Made by a program: the position numbers and the translations under genes
NCBI GenBank assembly: GCA_041191145.1
Contig: JBEEPK010000003.1
Span: forward strand, 9,651-73,650
From: Bacteroidota bacterium
Lineage (GTDB): Bacteria > Bacteroidota > Ignavibacteria > Kapaibacteriales > UBA961
DNA length: 64,000 nucleotides
Direction of reading: 5' to 3'
Notes under the pieces: generated by a model
Told to the model about the DNA's origin: nothing
Databases searched by the model: none
What the model saw: the letters and a program-made list of their open reading frames with translations, nothing else
Shown: positions 28,353 to 37,446 of the stretch, piece by piece
Position numbering within the stretch: position 1 is the first letter of the stretch
Layout of the letters: each line of letters starts with the position of its first letter

Positions 28353-30008
28353 CTAGATTGATTTATATTCAGAAAACAAATGCCTTACTTTATTTCTCTG
28401 ATATTTTCCTGTGGAAGTAATTGGTAATTCTTCCGTGAATATTATGCATTTGGGTGACTTTGAAAAAGGAAGATGTTCACGACAATATGACAAGATGTCT
28501 TCAGGGGTCACATTTTCATGTTCCGGAATGACAAGTGCGCCGACTTCCTCTCCATAAACATCATGTTCAAATCCAACGCAGATTCCGGCTCTAACTCCCG
28601 GCGCTCTACTTAGTACTTCGTCGATTTCCAATGGCGCAAGATTCACGCCACCTCTGATGATCAATTCTTTAAGTCTACCCGTGATAAAGAAATAAGGTTG
28701 ATCATTTGGACCTTTCATCCAAAAACCTTCATCTCCGGATCTGAACCAACCATATTTAAAAGTCTCTTCATTTGCTTTATCATTATGTAAATATTCTTTC
28801 ATAACATTAGAACCACGAATGACAATTTCACCCCTTGATAATTCAGGGAGTGAATTACCGGACATATCATGAATAGACATTTCATTCGATGGAATCGGTG
28901 TTCCTATGCTGGGAAAGCCATATGAAACAAGCATTGTTTTATGAAGAGTATCCGAAAGTTCGAGTGGAAGGAAACAAGAATAACAAGTGGTTTCACTCAA
29001 ACCATATCCATGAAGAACTTTGATATAAAAACGATCTTCAAAAGATTGTACAAGCTCACAGGTTAGTGGTCCGGCTCCGCATATAATATGTGAGAGGTTA
29101 TCAGGTTTCACGAACTTTTTGTCCTGATAATATTTTAAGAGATATGATAAAAGCGTTGGCACTACTGAAACAACGGAAACTTTTTCTGTATCAATTATAG
29201 GAAAGAAATTCTCTGTTGAAAATTTACGATTCAGCACAATTGATGCACCAACCATCAAAGGTGTAACATGAGTTACCACAATACCATTCACATGATGAAT
29301 TGGTAATATACACATCATTGTGGTATGTTCTTGAACATTATTCCATTTTGCAATGCAGTCTGCATCAATCATCAGGTTTTGTTGATCAAGAACAACTGCT
29401 TTAGGAATTCCTGTTGTACCACTGGTATACACAATCAATGCTTCATGATCGAGCATGAGATGCTTTGGTGAAAATGCAAGTGGTTCGAAAGAATCTATGA
29501 TATGTGCATAGAGTTGATGTCCATCATTGTCAGTATCAACTTCTTGAATCAAGACTTGATTTGGATCTACGAGGGGGGCAATTCTAAAGAGATATTCCGA
29601 ACGACAGAGCAATAGTTTACAACCTGAATCACGAATGATGAATGTTAATCTCTGATCATCTTCACCCATATTAAGAGGGACAACACTCAGTCCAAGATAC
29701 CATGCGGCACAATATTGAATGATTGTATCAGGATGATTATGTGCAGCAACTGCAATTCTATCTCCTTTTTGTAAACCAATTGAAACATAATAGGCAGATG
29801 TTTTTCTAATGACATCAATGAATTCATGATATGTAAACATTGATGTTTTCTCTTGACCGACATAGTAATGGAGAAATGTCTTTTCTCTTGATTGCTTAGT
29901 ATAGTGATCAAGAAATAAATCATGAAAAGATTGATATCGCGGAAGAAGAATTCCATGAGATGTGGAACGAGCATGATTAATGCGATCTTCAAGAGTATTC
30001 ATGGACAT
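28353..30008 (-). CDS. Class I adenylate-forming enzyme (acyl-CoA synthetase family)
   Basis: YTSGTTGIPK, GYGLSET, FRSGD.G, GRLKELIIRGG, TSTGK. Confidence 0.92.
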   Translation of the reverse strand: MSMNTLEDRINHARSTSHGILLPRYQSFHDLFLDHYTKQSREKTFLHYYVGQEKTSMFTYHEFIDVIRKTSAYYVSIGLQKGDRIAVAAHNHPDTIIQYCAAWYLGLSVVPLNMGEDDQRLTFIIRDSGCKLLLCRSEYLFRIAPLVDPNQVLIQEVDTDNDGHQLYAHIIDSFEPLAFSPKHLMLDHEALIVYTSGTTGIPKAVVLDQQNLMIDADCIAKWNNVQEHTTMMCILPIHHVNGIVVTHVTPLMVGASIVLNRKFSTENFFPIIDTEKVSVVSVVPTLLSYLLKYYQDKKFVKPDNLSHIICGAGPLTCELVQSFEDRFYIKVLHGYGLSETTCYSCFLPLELSDTLHKTMLVSYGFPSIGTPIPSNEMSIHDMSGNSLPELSRGEIVIRGSNVMKEYLHNDKANEETFKYGWFRSGDEGFWMKGPNDQPYFFITGRLKELIIRGGVNLAPLEIDEVLSRAPGVRAGICVGFEHDVYGEEVGALVIPEHENVTPEDILSYCREHLPFSKSPKCIIFTEELPITSTGKYQRNKVRHLFSEYKSI

Positions 30009-30880
30009 TATTCTTTATTTCCCAATAATTTCATTTGAATGAAAGATAGCAATCCTATGATTGCAAATAATACATAAGCCAATGCGGCACCATATCCCAT
30101 TGCATCTGTTTTTTCAAATGCATTTGAGAATATGAGATAAACGACAGTTATCGTTGAATTCAAAGGTCCACCCTTTGTCATTGTATACATCTCTACGAAT
30201 ATCTGCAATGACTTAATGGTTGAAATCACCATCACAAATAAGAGTGTTGGTTTCATCAATGGAAGGGTAATGCGATAGAACATTTGCCAGGCATTCGCGC
30301 CTTGCAATTGGGCAGATTCATAAATATCTTTTGGAATTGACTGCAAACCAGCCAAGAATAACATCATGAAATAACCGGTAGAAAGCCAAACATCCATGAG
30401 CATGACTGAGAGAAGAGCCGTTGAAGTTTCTAAGAGGAAGCCCTTATCGCTTTGTGGCAATCCAATCATTCCTGCAAGAGCATTGATATATCCATCCTTC
30501 GCATAGAGGTTCGTGAATATGAGTGTTATCACGATGATTGAAGTCACAGAAGGTAGAAATAATCCTGCACGATAGAAACCGGGATATCTTGCCATTTTCG
30601 AATGAAGAAGAATGGCTAGAATCAATGCACAAGCAGTTGAAAGAGGAACAGCTCCGAATGCATAGATGATTGTATTTGAAAGTGCTTTCCAAAACAAAGG
30701 ATCAATGCCTATCGAAGTATAATTATCAAAACCAATGAATTCTGATGTATTTCCCAATGCCCTATAGCGAGTAAAACTCATATATAAAGCATAGAATAAG
30801 GGATATATCCAAAACACCCCGAGTTTAACAATCCACGGAGTGAGAAATCCAAAGGCTATATGTGACTTTTTTGTATTCAT
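30008..30880 (-). CDS. Carbohydrate ABC transporter permease (CUT1, MalF-like)
   Basis: Six TM pattern, F.GFDNY, EAA loop LQSIP..IYESA.LQGA..WQ.F..ITLP. Confidence 0.92.
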   Translation of the reverse strand: MNTKKSHIAFGFLTPWIVKLGVFWIYPLFYALYMSFTRYRALGNTSEFIGFDNYTSIGIDPLFWKALSNTIIYAFGAVPLSTACALILAILLHSKMARYPGFYRAGLFLPSVTSIIVITLIFTNLYAKDGYINALAGMIGLPQSDKGFLLETSTALLSVMLMDVWLSTGYFMMLFLAGLQSIPKDIYESAQLQGANAWQMFYRITLPLMKPTLLFVMVISTIKSLQIFVEMYTMTKGGPLNSTITVVYLIFSNAFEKTDAMGYGAALAYVLFAIIGLLSFIQMKLLGNKE

Positions 30881-30908
30881 AAAGGAAAGGGATACCGAAG
30901 TATCCCTT
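30881..30908 (-). terminator. Hairpin with a cUUCGg tetraloop between the T9SS cargo gene and the permease
   Basis: Minus strand AAGGGATAC-TTCG-GTATCCCTT, then TCCTTT and the permease ATG; the U tract is weak. Confidence 0.7.
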
Positions 30909-30916
30909 ACATTTTA

Positions 30917-33082
30917 TCATGGTTGAACGATAAATGTACCGGTCTTGATTTCTGCATCACCAATCATTTTGAACATATACATTCCGGCAGGTAAACCTGA
31001 TGGAATGATTGCTGAATGCATTGTACCATTGAGTAAGATTGTTTCAATAGTATGCAATTCCTGACCAGAGAGATTCATGATTTTTAGAATTGGTTGATGT
31101 ACAGTATTAATCTCACATTGTATTTGTGCTGTCGTGCGAACCGGATGTGGTGTAATGTCAAACTGTTCAGAAATAACATCTTCTTCAATTGATACTGCAC
31201 CCAATGCAATATCTGCATTTGTTCTTGGAACAAGTTTATAATTACCGAATGAGAAAAACATGATGCCGGTAAGATTTTTCATTCCGGTGCCACGTGCTAG
31301 AACAGTTTTTCCAGCTGATGATGAAGAACCATATGTTGATGATCCATCATCAGTTTCAACGCGCATTTTGGAAAGAGATTCGGTTGCTGCATTGTATAAA
31401 CTTGCATCCACAACATTGAATTCACCAAAATTGGAAGCTCCATCTGCATTTGAATCAGTTACAATGACATTCTGCAAAGTGACAAGCATACTTTCCCATT
31501 GTTCAGCAGAATTTGTTCCTTGTGATTTTCTGGCAAAGTCTGTGGTTGAAACTAGGACAGGAGCAAATGCATCACCATCTGTTGAAATAAGTTGTGTTTC
31601 TTGCGCATTGACTGAATCAATAGATGTTACACCGAAGTTTTCACGAATGATACCGGTAACCTTAACTTTGGCTCCTCTTGGAAAAGCACGAACTACGCTT
31701 GATGGAGATGTAGTGCGAACAAATAGACCTGAATAAGGTGAAACTGCATCTTGTACATATACTCTTGGTGCATTTACTGCTTCATTGGGAATATCAGTTG
31801 CAGAAGCTGTAACAGTTCCTGTGATAGAAATGGAATATCCTTCATAGACTGATCCACCATTTGCTTGAAGTTTTTCTCTAATATCTGCAATCTTTGGAGC
31901 GCGATCAAGAATACGATAATAATAGCCGGTAGTATCTCCCAAAGGTGATTTAAGGGAAAGACCAGACTCATCATTGACTCTTACAAACCATTTGGCCAAA
32001 GCAGTTCCATTTTGAATAGCGGCAAATGTGGGAATTGTTGCTGTCCACAATGTATCATTTACCTTTTGGGCATTTGCTGAATCAAGTGCAGACCCATTAA
32101 AAGAATAATAGGCTTTAACGGAAGTTACGGGTAAAGCACCTTGTTTAATGCCAATTGCAATAGGAACTGTTTCGCTAGAGGCCGGAAATGCTTTTGCTCT
32201 TGTAGAACGAATGCTTGTTATGACAGGTGGTGCAGAACCCATGTCCAATTCAAGATCCTCGGGCATGCCAGGTGAAATCATGAAAGGAACAGGTTGGCCG
32301 GCAATATTATTTGTTGAGATATAGCCACGGATCTTTTTGATCTTTGTACCTTCAGTCGGTGCGGTATATGTTCCAAGTTGTACTGCATCAGTTCTATAAT
32401 GATTTGATTGATCTCTTAGATAGATCTCATTTCCATCGGCATCAGATAGAATAATGGTACTTCTTTGATTCGTGCCTTTTACTAAACTTGATACGATCAA
32501 ATTTGAAAATTCAACTTTCATTCCTACATATTTACCACCGGTAGTAACATTATAAGTAGCTGCAGTCACCTTGCCGGAATTAAAGTTTGAAACCAAAACA
32601 GCAGGAGGTGTGGGAAGTGCTATTTCATCGTCTAAGAATTCAACTATTCCGGTTGAAAGAACTTCGCCTTGAGTTGTACCTAATTTATTGTTATTTGGGA
32701 ATGCAGTGACTCTAATTGCAACTTCAATCAATTGTCCTTTTTTCAATCGAACAAAATTTGAAGCTATATTGGAAGTATCACATAAAATTGGCATTCCGGC
32801 AAACTCAACAGCATTTTGATCTTGGAGATAAATTGCATAATTGCGATTGCCGGCAATCATAATTTTTCTTGTATCATCAGGGAAATTCACAACAGGTGGA
32901 ATGGAAACCACTCCACGAACAATTACTGTATCACCAACAGCGGGAGAATTCAATGAACCTGCTGAGAGTGAATCAGCAGGTATATTCATGATCTCCATGA
33001 TGGTCTTCTTGGGATAATTCTGCGCTTGAGCATTTATTGACATCAAGGCCAGAATTGAACAAACTAGTAAGACATGTTTCAT
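30917..33082 (-). CDS. Secreted multi-OB-fold protein with a T9SS type A-like C-terminal domain
   Basis: Signal peptide; two repeated modules (GDTV.VRGVV..YLQD / G..I.ITGTV..YVQD; G..VKVTG.I.E.FG.T; E.MLV...NV.V); CTD P.P....I...NLSGQ...LPAGMY. Confidence 0.75.
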   Translation of the reverse strand: MKHVLLVCSILALMSINAQAQNYPKKTIMEIMNIPADSLSAGSLNSPAVGDTVIVRGVVSIPPVVNFPDDTRKIMIAGNRNYAIYLQDQNAVEFAGMPILCDTSNIASNFVRLKKGQLIEVAIRVTAFPNNNKLGTTQGEVLSTGIVEFLDDEIALPTPPAVLVSNFNSGKVTAATYNVTTGGKYVGMKVEFSNLIVSSLVKGTNQRSTIILSDADGNEIYLRDQSNHYRTDAVQLGTYTAPTEGTKIKKIRGYISTNNIAGQPVPFMISPGMPEDLELDMGSAPPVITSIRSTRAKAFPASSETVPIAIGIKQGALPVTSVKAYYSFNGSALDSANAQKVNDTLWTATIPTFAAIQNGTALAKWFVRVNDESGLSLKSPLGDTTGYYYRILDRAPKIADIREKLQANGGSVYEGYSISITGTVTASATDIPNEAVNAPRVYVQDAVSPYSGLFVRTTSPSSVVRAFPRGAKVKVTGIIRENFGVTSIDSVNAQETQLISTDGDAFAPVLVSTTDFARKSQGTNSAEQWESMLVTLQNVIVTDSNADGASNFGEFNVVDASLYNAATESLSKMRVETDDGSSTYGSSSSAGKTVLARGTGMKNLTGIMFFSFGNYKLVPRTNADIALGAVSIEEDVISEQFDITPHPVRTTAQIQCEINTVHQPILKIMNLSGQELHTIETILLNGTMHSAIIPSGLPAGMYMFKMIGDAEIKTGTFIVQP

Positions 33083-33094
33083 AACAAACCTTAA

Positions 33095-35152
33095 TTATTT
33101 AATGATGAGAAATTTGCCTGTTTTAACCGAACCATTACTTTCATCTTTCACTTGAACTACATACATTCCTGAAGCCAAGGCTTGATCTTTGTCTGATATC
33201 AAATCCCAGGCATGTATGCCGCCGGCGAATTGTATGTCTGATGTACTGACATTGCCGGTCTGTAAAAACCAATCTATGTTTTGTCCATGCGAACTTCCTT
33301 TTTCATGAAACAGAGTTCGTACTTTGTCTCCGGAAAGAGTATAGATTGAAATCGTTGCTTTTTGTGGAAGATTATAGAAATACAATTTTCTACCTCTTTC
33401 CATATTTGCTTTTGCATCCCAAGAAGCTGAAACTGAATATGGATTTGGGAAAATACCAATTTCAGTCGCAGTATCAGCTTGATTGGTGGTTGTTCCCGGA
33501 ATGATTGTTTTTTCATTCGCCAATAGACTGGACTCGAGAGAAGGTAAACCTGCTTCTGCATCACCATCACTGAAGGCAGTAAGCGTGATTGTATATTGCC
33601 ATCCATTGAGCAAGTCATTCATAGGATACATATAATGATAGGCTACTGTGTCACCGTCGAAAAATGTAGTGCTAGGATTTCCTTGTTCATCCTTAATGCG
33701 AATTTCATCAAATCCATTATCGAAGAACAATGCATTTTTAGGTTTATCATATGAAGCCAACATTGTCCAATCATTTGTTGATTGTGAAAAATCTTCAGGA
33801 TTGGTTCTGTATATTCTATACCCCTCAAAATTCTTTTTATTGGTCAATAGATCTTTTGCATTCTCTGCATTGTCAGACCAATAAAGAATAGCTTGTCTAT
33901 CTTTTACTTCAATGCGAATTTTGGGAGATGGAGGAGGCGAGGGAAGTATATATCGTACAATTGAGCCATCGCCTTTGAGATCGATCTCATTTGTGTCAAG
34001 AATATTATTACCATTCACATCAGTTCCATTATATGCTCTTTGGGCCCAACCAGCATTATTGATGAAGATAGATCTCGTTTCATCATCATTTCTTTCCGGA
34101 CTTCCTGGCTTTTTTGCACAAATGACAGCGAATGTAACATTCACTGAATCTCCCGGATTAATTCTTGAAAACGGTCCTACTGATAATAATTGAGAACGAT
34201 TTCCTGCTTTTGAAATTAATTTATCAGCATCAGCCATTGTGACTTGATTCAAAAATGTAGAAGTTAATCGACGATATTTTTCAACATCGTTCTGTGGTGA
34301 TTGCAACCATTCATCACCTCTAGTATCTTGAAATGCCCACACATTATAATGCGTGTTCTTTTGTATTGGATCTGTACCAAGCAGTCGAATGCCCGCATAA
34401 TTGTCTGCTAAACCATTATCACCGGAAATATCCCATTCATACATCATTCGCATTGAATCAATCAATGCATTTCCACCTGCACGATAAAAATCACCACCAC
34501 GAGGAGCTCTTATCGTTGTATTTCGTATAACCAAATCCGTCCAAAAACCAATATATGCACTGTCAATAGGTGCATTAGAAACGTTTTTTACGGAATATGT
34601 CAAAAGCACGAAATAATCTGCAAAAGGATAATTCCATGCATATGATTGAAATTTGACTTCAATTCCCAAAGGATAATCATGTCCGGGGATCTTTTGATTC
34701 AATTCAGGCACAAATAGGTTGGTATCCGTGAAGACTGTTACGTAATCCCTGTGACTGATTGCCTTGGGAGTATAAAACAAATCATTTGGAAGAGATGAAC
34801 TCTGAATGAGATAATTGCTATCGATATTTGTGAATTCAAAACCTTGAGAAACATTCAATACAGATGATACATCAATCGCAGCTGTTGAAACAGCCGTGAC
34901 CCTATTTCCACCAATATCTTTGATCCCTCCAACCCATAAACCTCCCAAGAACATATGTTCAATGCCACTTCCACGAGGATATTCACAAGATGGAATACGA
35001 GGCCAGCCGGCAAAACCGGTACCAATAGTGCCAAAACTGCTGATAGACAAGCGAATATTACCTACATCGGTAATCATTCTTTGCTCACCCGAACCAGCAA
35101 TCAAGTAGGTCGGGAATAGTAAGCTGATTATGAAAGGGAGAAACTGTTTCAT
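33095..35152 (-). CDS. Uncharacterised secreted protein with an FnIII-like segment and a PNPY-type C-terminal domain
   Basis: Signal peptide; DVGNI...S.FG.IG, EYP.GSG..H.F.GGLWVGG; PP.P.......L.W, FEGYRIYR; FPNPY...F.NLP..A.I.IYT.SG..VR...WDL.......ASG.Y. Confidence 0.78.
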   Translation of the reverse strand: MKQFLPFIISLLFPTYLIAGSGEQRMITDVGNIRLSISSFGTIGTGFAGWPRIPSCEYPRGSGIEHMFLGGLWVGGIKDIGGNRVTAVSTAAIDVSSVLNVSQGFEFTNIDSNYLIQSSSLPNDLFYTPKAISHRDYVTVFTDTNLFVPELNQKIPGHDYPLGIEVKFQSYAWNYPFADYFVLLTYSVKNVSNAPIDSAYIGFWTDLVIRNTTIRAPRGGDFYRAGGNALIDSMRMMYEWDISGDNGLADNYAGIRLLGTDPIQKNTHYNVWAFQDTRGDEWLQSPQNDVEKYRRLTSTFLNQVTMADADKLISKAGNRSQLLSVGPFSRINPGDSVNVTFAVICAKKPGSPERNDDETRSIFINNAGWAQRAYNGTDVNGNNILDTNEIDLKGDGSIVRYILPSPPPSPKIRIEVKDRQAILYWSDNAENAKDLLTNKKNFEGYRIYRTNPEDFSQSTNDWTMLASYDKPKNALFFDNGFDEIRIKDEQGNPSTTFFDGDTVAYHYMYPMNDLLNGWQYTITLTAFSDGDAEAGLPSLESSLLANEKTIIPGTTTNQADTATEIGIFPNPYSVSASWDAKANMERGRKLYFYNLPQKATISIYTLSGDKVRTLFHEKGSSHGQNIDWFLQTGNVSTSDIQFAGGIHAWDLISDKDQALASGMYVVQVKDESNGSVKTGKFLIIK

Positions 35153-35175
35153 GATAGTATTAGAATTTGGGAACC

Positions 35176-35183
35176 CAAAAATA
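35176..35183 (-). promoter_or_regulatory. Bacteroidota-type -7 promoter box (TATTTTTG) for the secreted-protein operon
   Basis: Exact match 24 nt upstream of ATG 35152. Confidence 0.55.
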
Positions 35184-35385
35184 CTGAATTGACATTATGT
35201 ATAACCGTAATTATTGCCAATAGAAAGGAAGAATTCTTGAATTCCGCTCAAACATGGAAGCCAATATGGCATGGCATTGACCATTGACCGTAATCATAAG
35301 AAAACGCCATGTTAGTTATTTGGTCACACTAAGGAATTTTGGTATTTTTACGACAATATTATTCACGAATCAACAAAGTATCGCC

Positions 35386-36663
35386 ATGATACCATTAACC
35401 GCAACTTCGACGCTTGAAAGAGTACATACAGTTCGACAAAACAAGATCATGAAGGAATTGATGGACAAGGACACCACAGTGATGTTCGAAGATCCATTGG
35501 ATAATGAAATGGTTTTGAATATGGGGCCTCAGCATCCTGCCACACATGGTGTATTGCGCGTACTATTGCGTCTTGATGGTGAAACCATCGTCAAGTGTGT
35601 TCCGGAGCTTGGCTATCTTCATCGTGGATATGAGAAATTGGCCGAAGCAATGACATATCATGAATTCATTCCTCATACTGATCGATTGGATTATATGTCT
35701 CCCATGTCAAACAATATGGGAATTGCTTATGCAATTGAAAGAGCGATTGGAATTGAAGCTCCTGAAAGAGCACAATGGATTCGTGTTCTCTTGACGGAAA
35801 TGGCAAGAATTAGTTCTCATCTCATGGCTATGGGAGCCACTTGTATGGATGTTGGAGCCTTGACTTTATTCCTTTGGACATTCACCGAAAGAGAAAAACT
35901 CTATGATATCTTTGAGCTAATTTGTGGCGCTCGATTTACGACCAGTTTTTCAAGAATTGGTGGTATTGCAAATGATATATCTCCGGAAGTATTGAAAATG
36001 ATTCGTGATTGGGTGAATCAATTCCCCGATCGTTTGAAAGAATCCGAAGGGCTTGTCAATCGTAATCGAATTTTTATCGAACGATTGGCCGGTGTCGGTT
36101 ATATGCCTGCAGACAAAGCAATTCAACTTGGTTTGACAGGTCCATGTTTGCGTGGATCGGGAATTAACCATGATCTTCGTCGTGATATGCCGTATTGGGT
36201 GTATGATCAATTGGATTTTGATGTCATCACTCATAATGATTGCGACACTTGGGCTAGATATATTGTCCGCGTACAAGAAATGAAAGAATCTGTCAAAATC
36301 ATTCATCAAGTACTAGACAAATTGCCTAAAGGCCCTGTTTTGGCCGATGATCCCAAACATGTGCTCCCTCAAAAAGCTCACATCTACACCAAAATGGAAG
36401 AATTGATCAATGATTTCATGCTGATTAATTTCGGTGCAATGCCGCCTGTAGGTGAAACATATACAGCGATTGAGGGTCCAAAAGGTGAATTAGGCTTCTT
36501 TATTGTTTCTGATGGCACAGGTCATCCTTGGAAATTGAAAATTCGCTCTCCTTCATCTTCAAATCTTCAAGGATTAAAATATATGTCCGAAGGTTCAATG
36601 GTTTCTGATATTGTTGCTATTATAGGTTCCGTAGATCCCGTTATGGGAGAGGCAGATAAATAA
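35386..36663 (+). CDS. nuoD: NADH-quinone oxidoreductase subunit D
   Basis: LNMGPQHPATHGVLR, GYLHRG.EK, DRLDY, E.PKGE.G, KIRSP, GS.DPVMGE.DK; ATG 35386 preferred. Confidence 0.96.
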   Translation: MIPLTATSTLERVHTVRQNKIMKELMDKDTTVMFEDPLDNEMVLNMGPQHPATHGVLRVLLRLDGETIVKCVPELGYLHRGYEKLAEAMTYHEFIPHTDRLDYMSPMSNNMGIAYAIERAIGIEAPERAQWIRVLLTEMARISSHLMAMGATCMDVGALTLFLWTFTEREKLYDIFELICGARFTTSFSRIGGIANDISPEVLKMIRDWVNQFPDRLKESEGLVNRNRIFIERLAGVGYMPADKAIQLGLTGPCLRGSGINHDLRRDMPYWVYDQLDFDVITHNDCDTWARYIVRVQEMKESVKIIHQVLDKLPKGPVLADDPKHVLPQKAHIYTKMEELINDFMLINFGAMPPVGETYTAIEGPKGELGFFIVSDGTGHPWKLKIRSPSSSNLQGLKYMSEGSMVSDIVAIIGSVDPVMGEADK

Positions 36664-36688
36664 GTCGTTGACAATTAAGATATATCCG

Positions 36689-36716
36689 AAAGGGCAGGCG
36701 CTAGGTCTGCCTTTTT
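36689..36716 (+). terminator. Intrinsic terminator after nuoD
   Basis: GGCAGGC-GCTAG-GTCTGCC followed by TTTTT. Confidence 0.75.
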
Positions 36717-36735
36717 CATATACATCGAGTTTATC

Positions 36736-37446
36736 ATGAATATTGCTTGTATTATCCCTGCTGCCGGCAAAGGATCACGTTTTGGAAATGATATTCCAAA
36801 GCAATTCCTTAGGATTAATGATATCATGATCATCGAATATGCCATTCGCTCATTGATAGATGGATTAATCACATGTGGAGATCATGTCTTATCGCTTATC
36901 ATTGCTTGTGATCCGGAAAGAGTGATTGAATTACAAAATATTTGCAAGCAATATCTTCCATTGTCATCCATTGAATTTGTGGAAGGTGGTATAGAGAGAA
37001 AAGATTCAATCAGAAATGCAATGCATACAGCCTCAGCTATGAAATCCGATAAAGTTATTATTCATGATGCAGCCAGGCCATTCATTCCCAAAGCGGTAAT
37101 ACGAGAGTTAATGAAAGCAAGCGCAGATCATGTTTGTGTCATTCCTGCATTGGATGTTTCTGATACATTGAAAAAAGTGTCTGATGATATAGTTGAGAAA
37201 ACATGTGATCGTAAGCAATTCATGTTGGCTCAGACACCCCAGATTGTTGACACAAAAGTTTATGCTACAACAATACAATCGATTGGCGATGCTATATTTA
37301 CTGATGATGCATCAATTATGGAAAATGCTGGTTATAATGTTCTTTGTATAAAAGGACATGAAATGATGCGAAAAATAACATATCCATATGATTTGATTCT
37401 TTCCGAACTTCATGCATTTATGTATGAACATGAAAATGGAGTTTGA
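36736..37446 (+). CDS. ispD: 2-C-methyl-D-erythritol 4-phosphate cytidylyltransferase
   Basis: IPAAGKGSRFG..IPKQF, GG.ER..S, IHDAARP, DTLK, AQTPQ, TDDAS, KIT.P.DL. Confidence 0.93.
   Translation: MNIACIIPAAGKGSRFGNDIPKQFLRINDIMIIEYAIRSLIDGLITCGDHVLSLIIACDPERVIELQNICKQYLPLSSIEFVEGGIERKDSIRNAMHTASAMKSDKVIIHDAARPFIPKAVIRELMKASADHVCVIPALDVSDTLKKVSDDIVEKTCDRKQFMLAQTPQIVDTKVYATTIQSIGDAIFTDDASIMENAGYNVLCIKGHEMMRKITYPYDLILSELHAFMYEHENGV

Noticed and set aside
31260-31736. 158-aa plus-strand ORF opposite the OB-fold protein
   Set aside because: Shadow frame opposite a Thr/Ser/Ala-rich gene
35189-35217. TTGACA as a sigma70 -35 element
   Set aside because: The hexamer 17 nt downstream (TATTGC) is a poor -10, and the genome appears to use TAnnTTTG promoters
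35200-35385. Possible riboswitch or ncRNA upstream of nuoD
   Set aside because: Only short, weak stems (for example AACATGG/CCATGTT); no riboswitch consensus recognised. An Infernal/Rfam scan would be decisive.
35284-35385. N-terminal extension of NuoD from a TTG start
   Set aside because: No similarity to NuoC or NuoD; the region looks like promoter DNA
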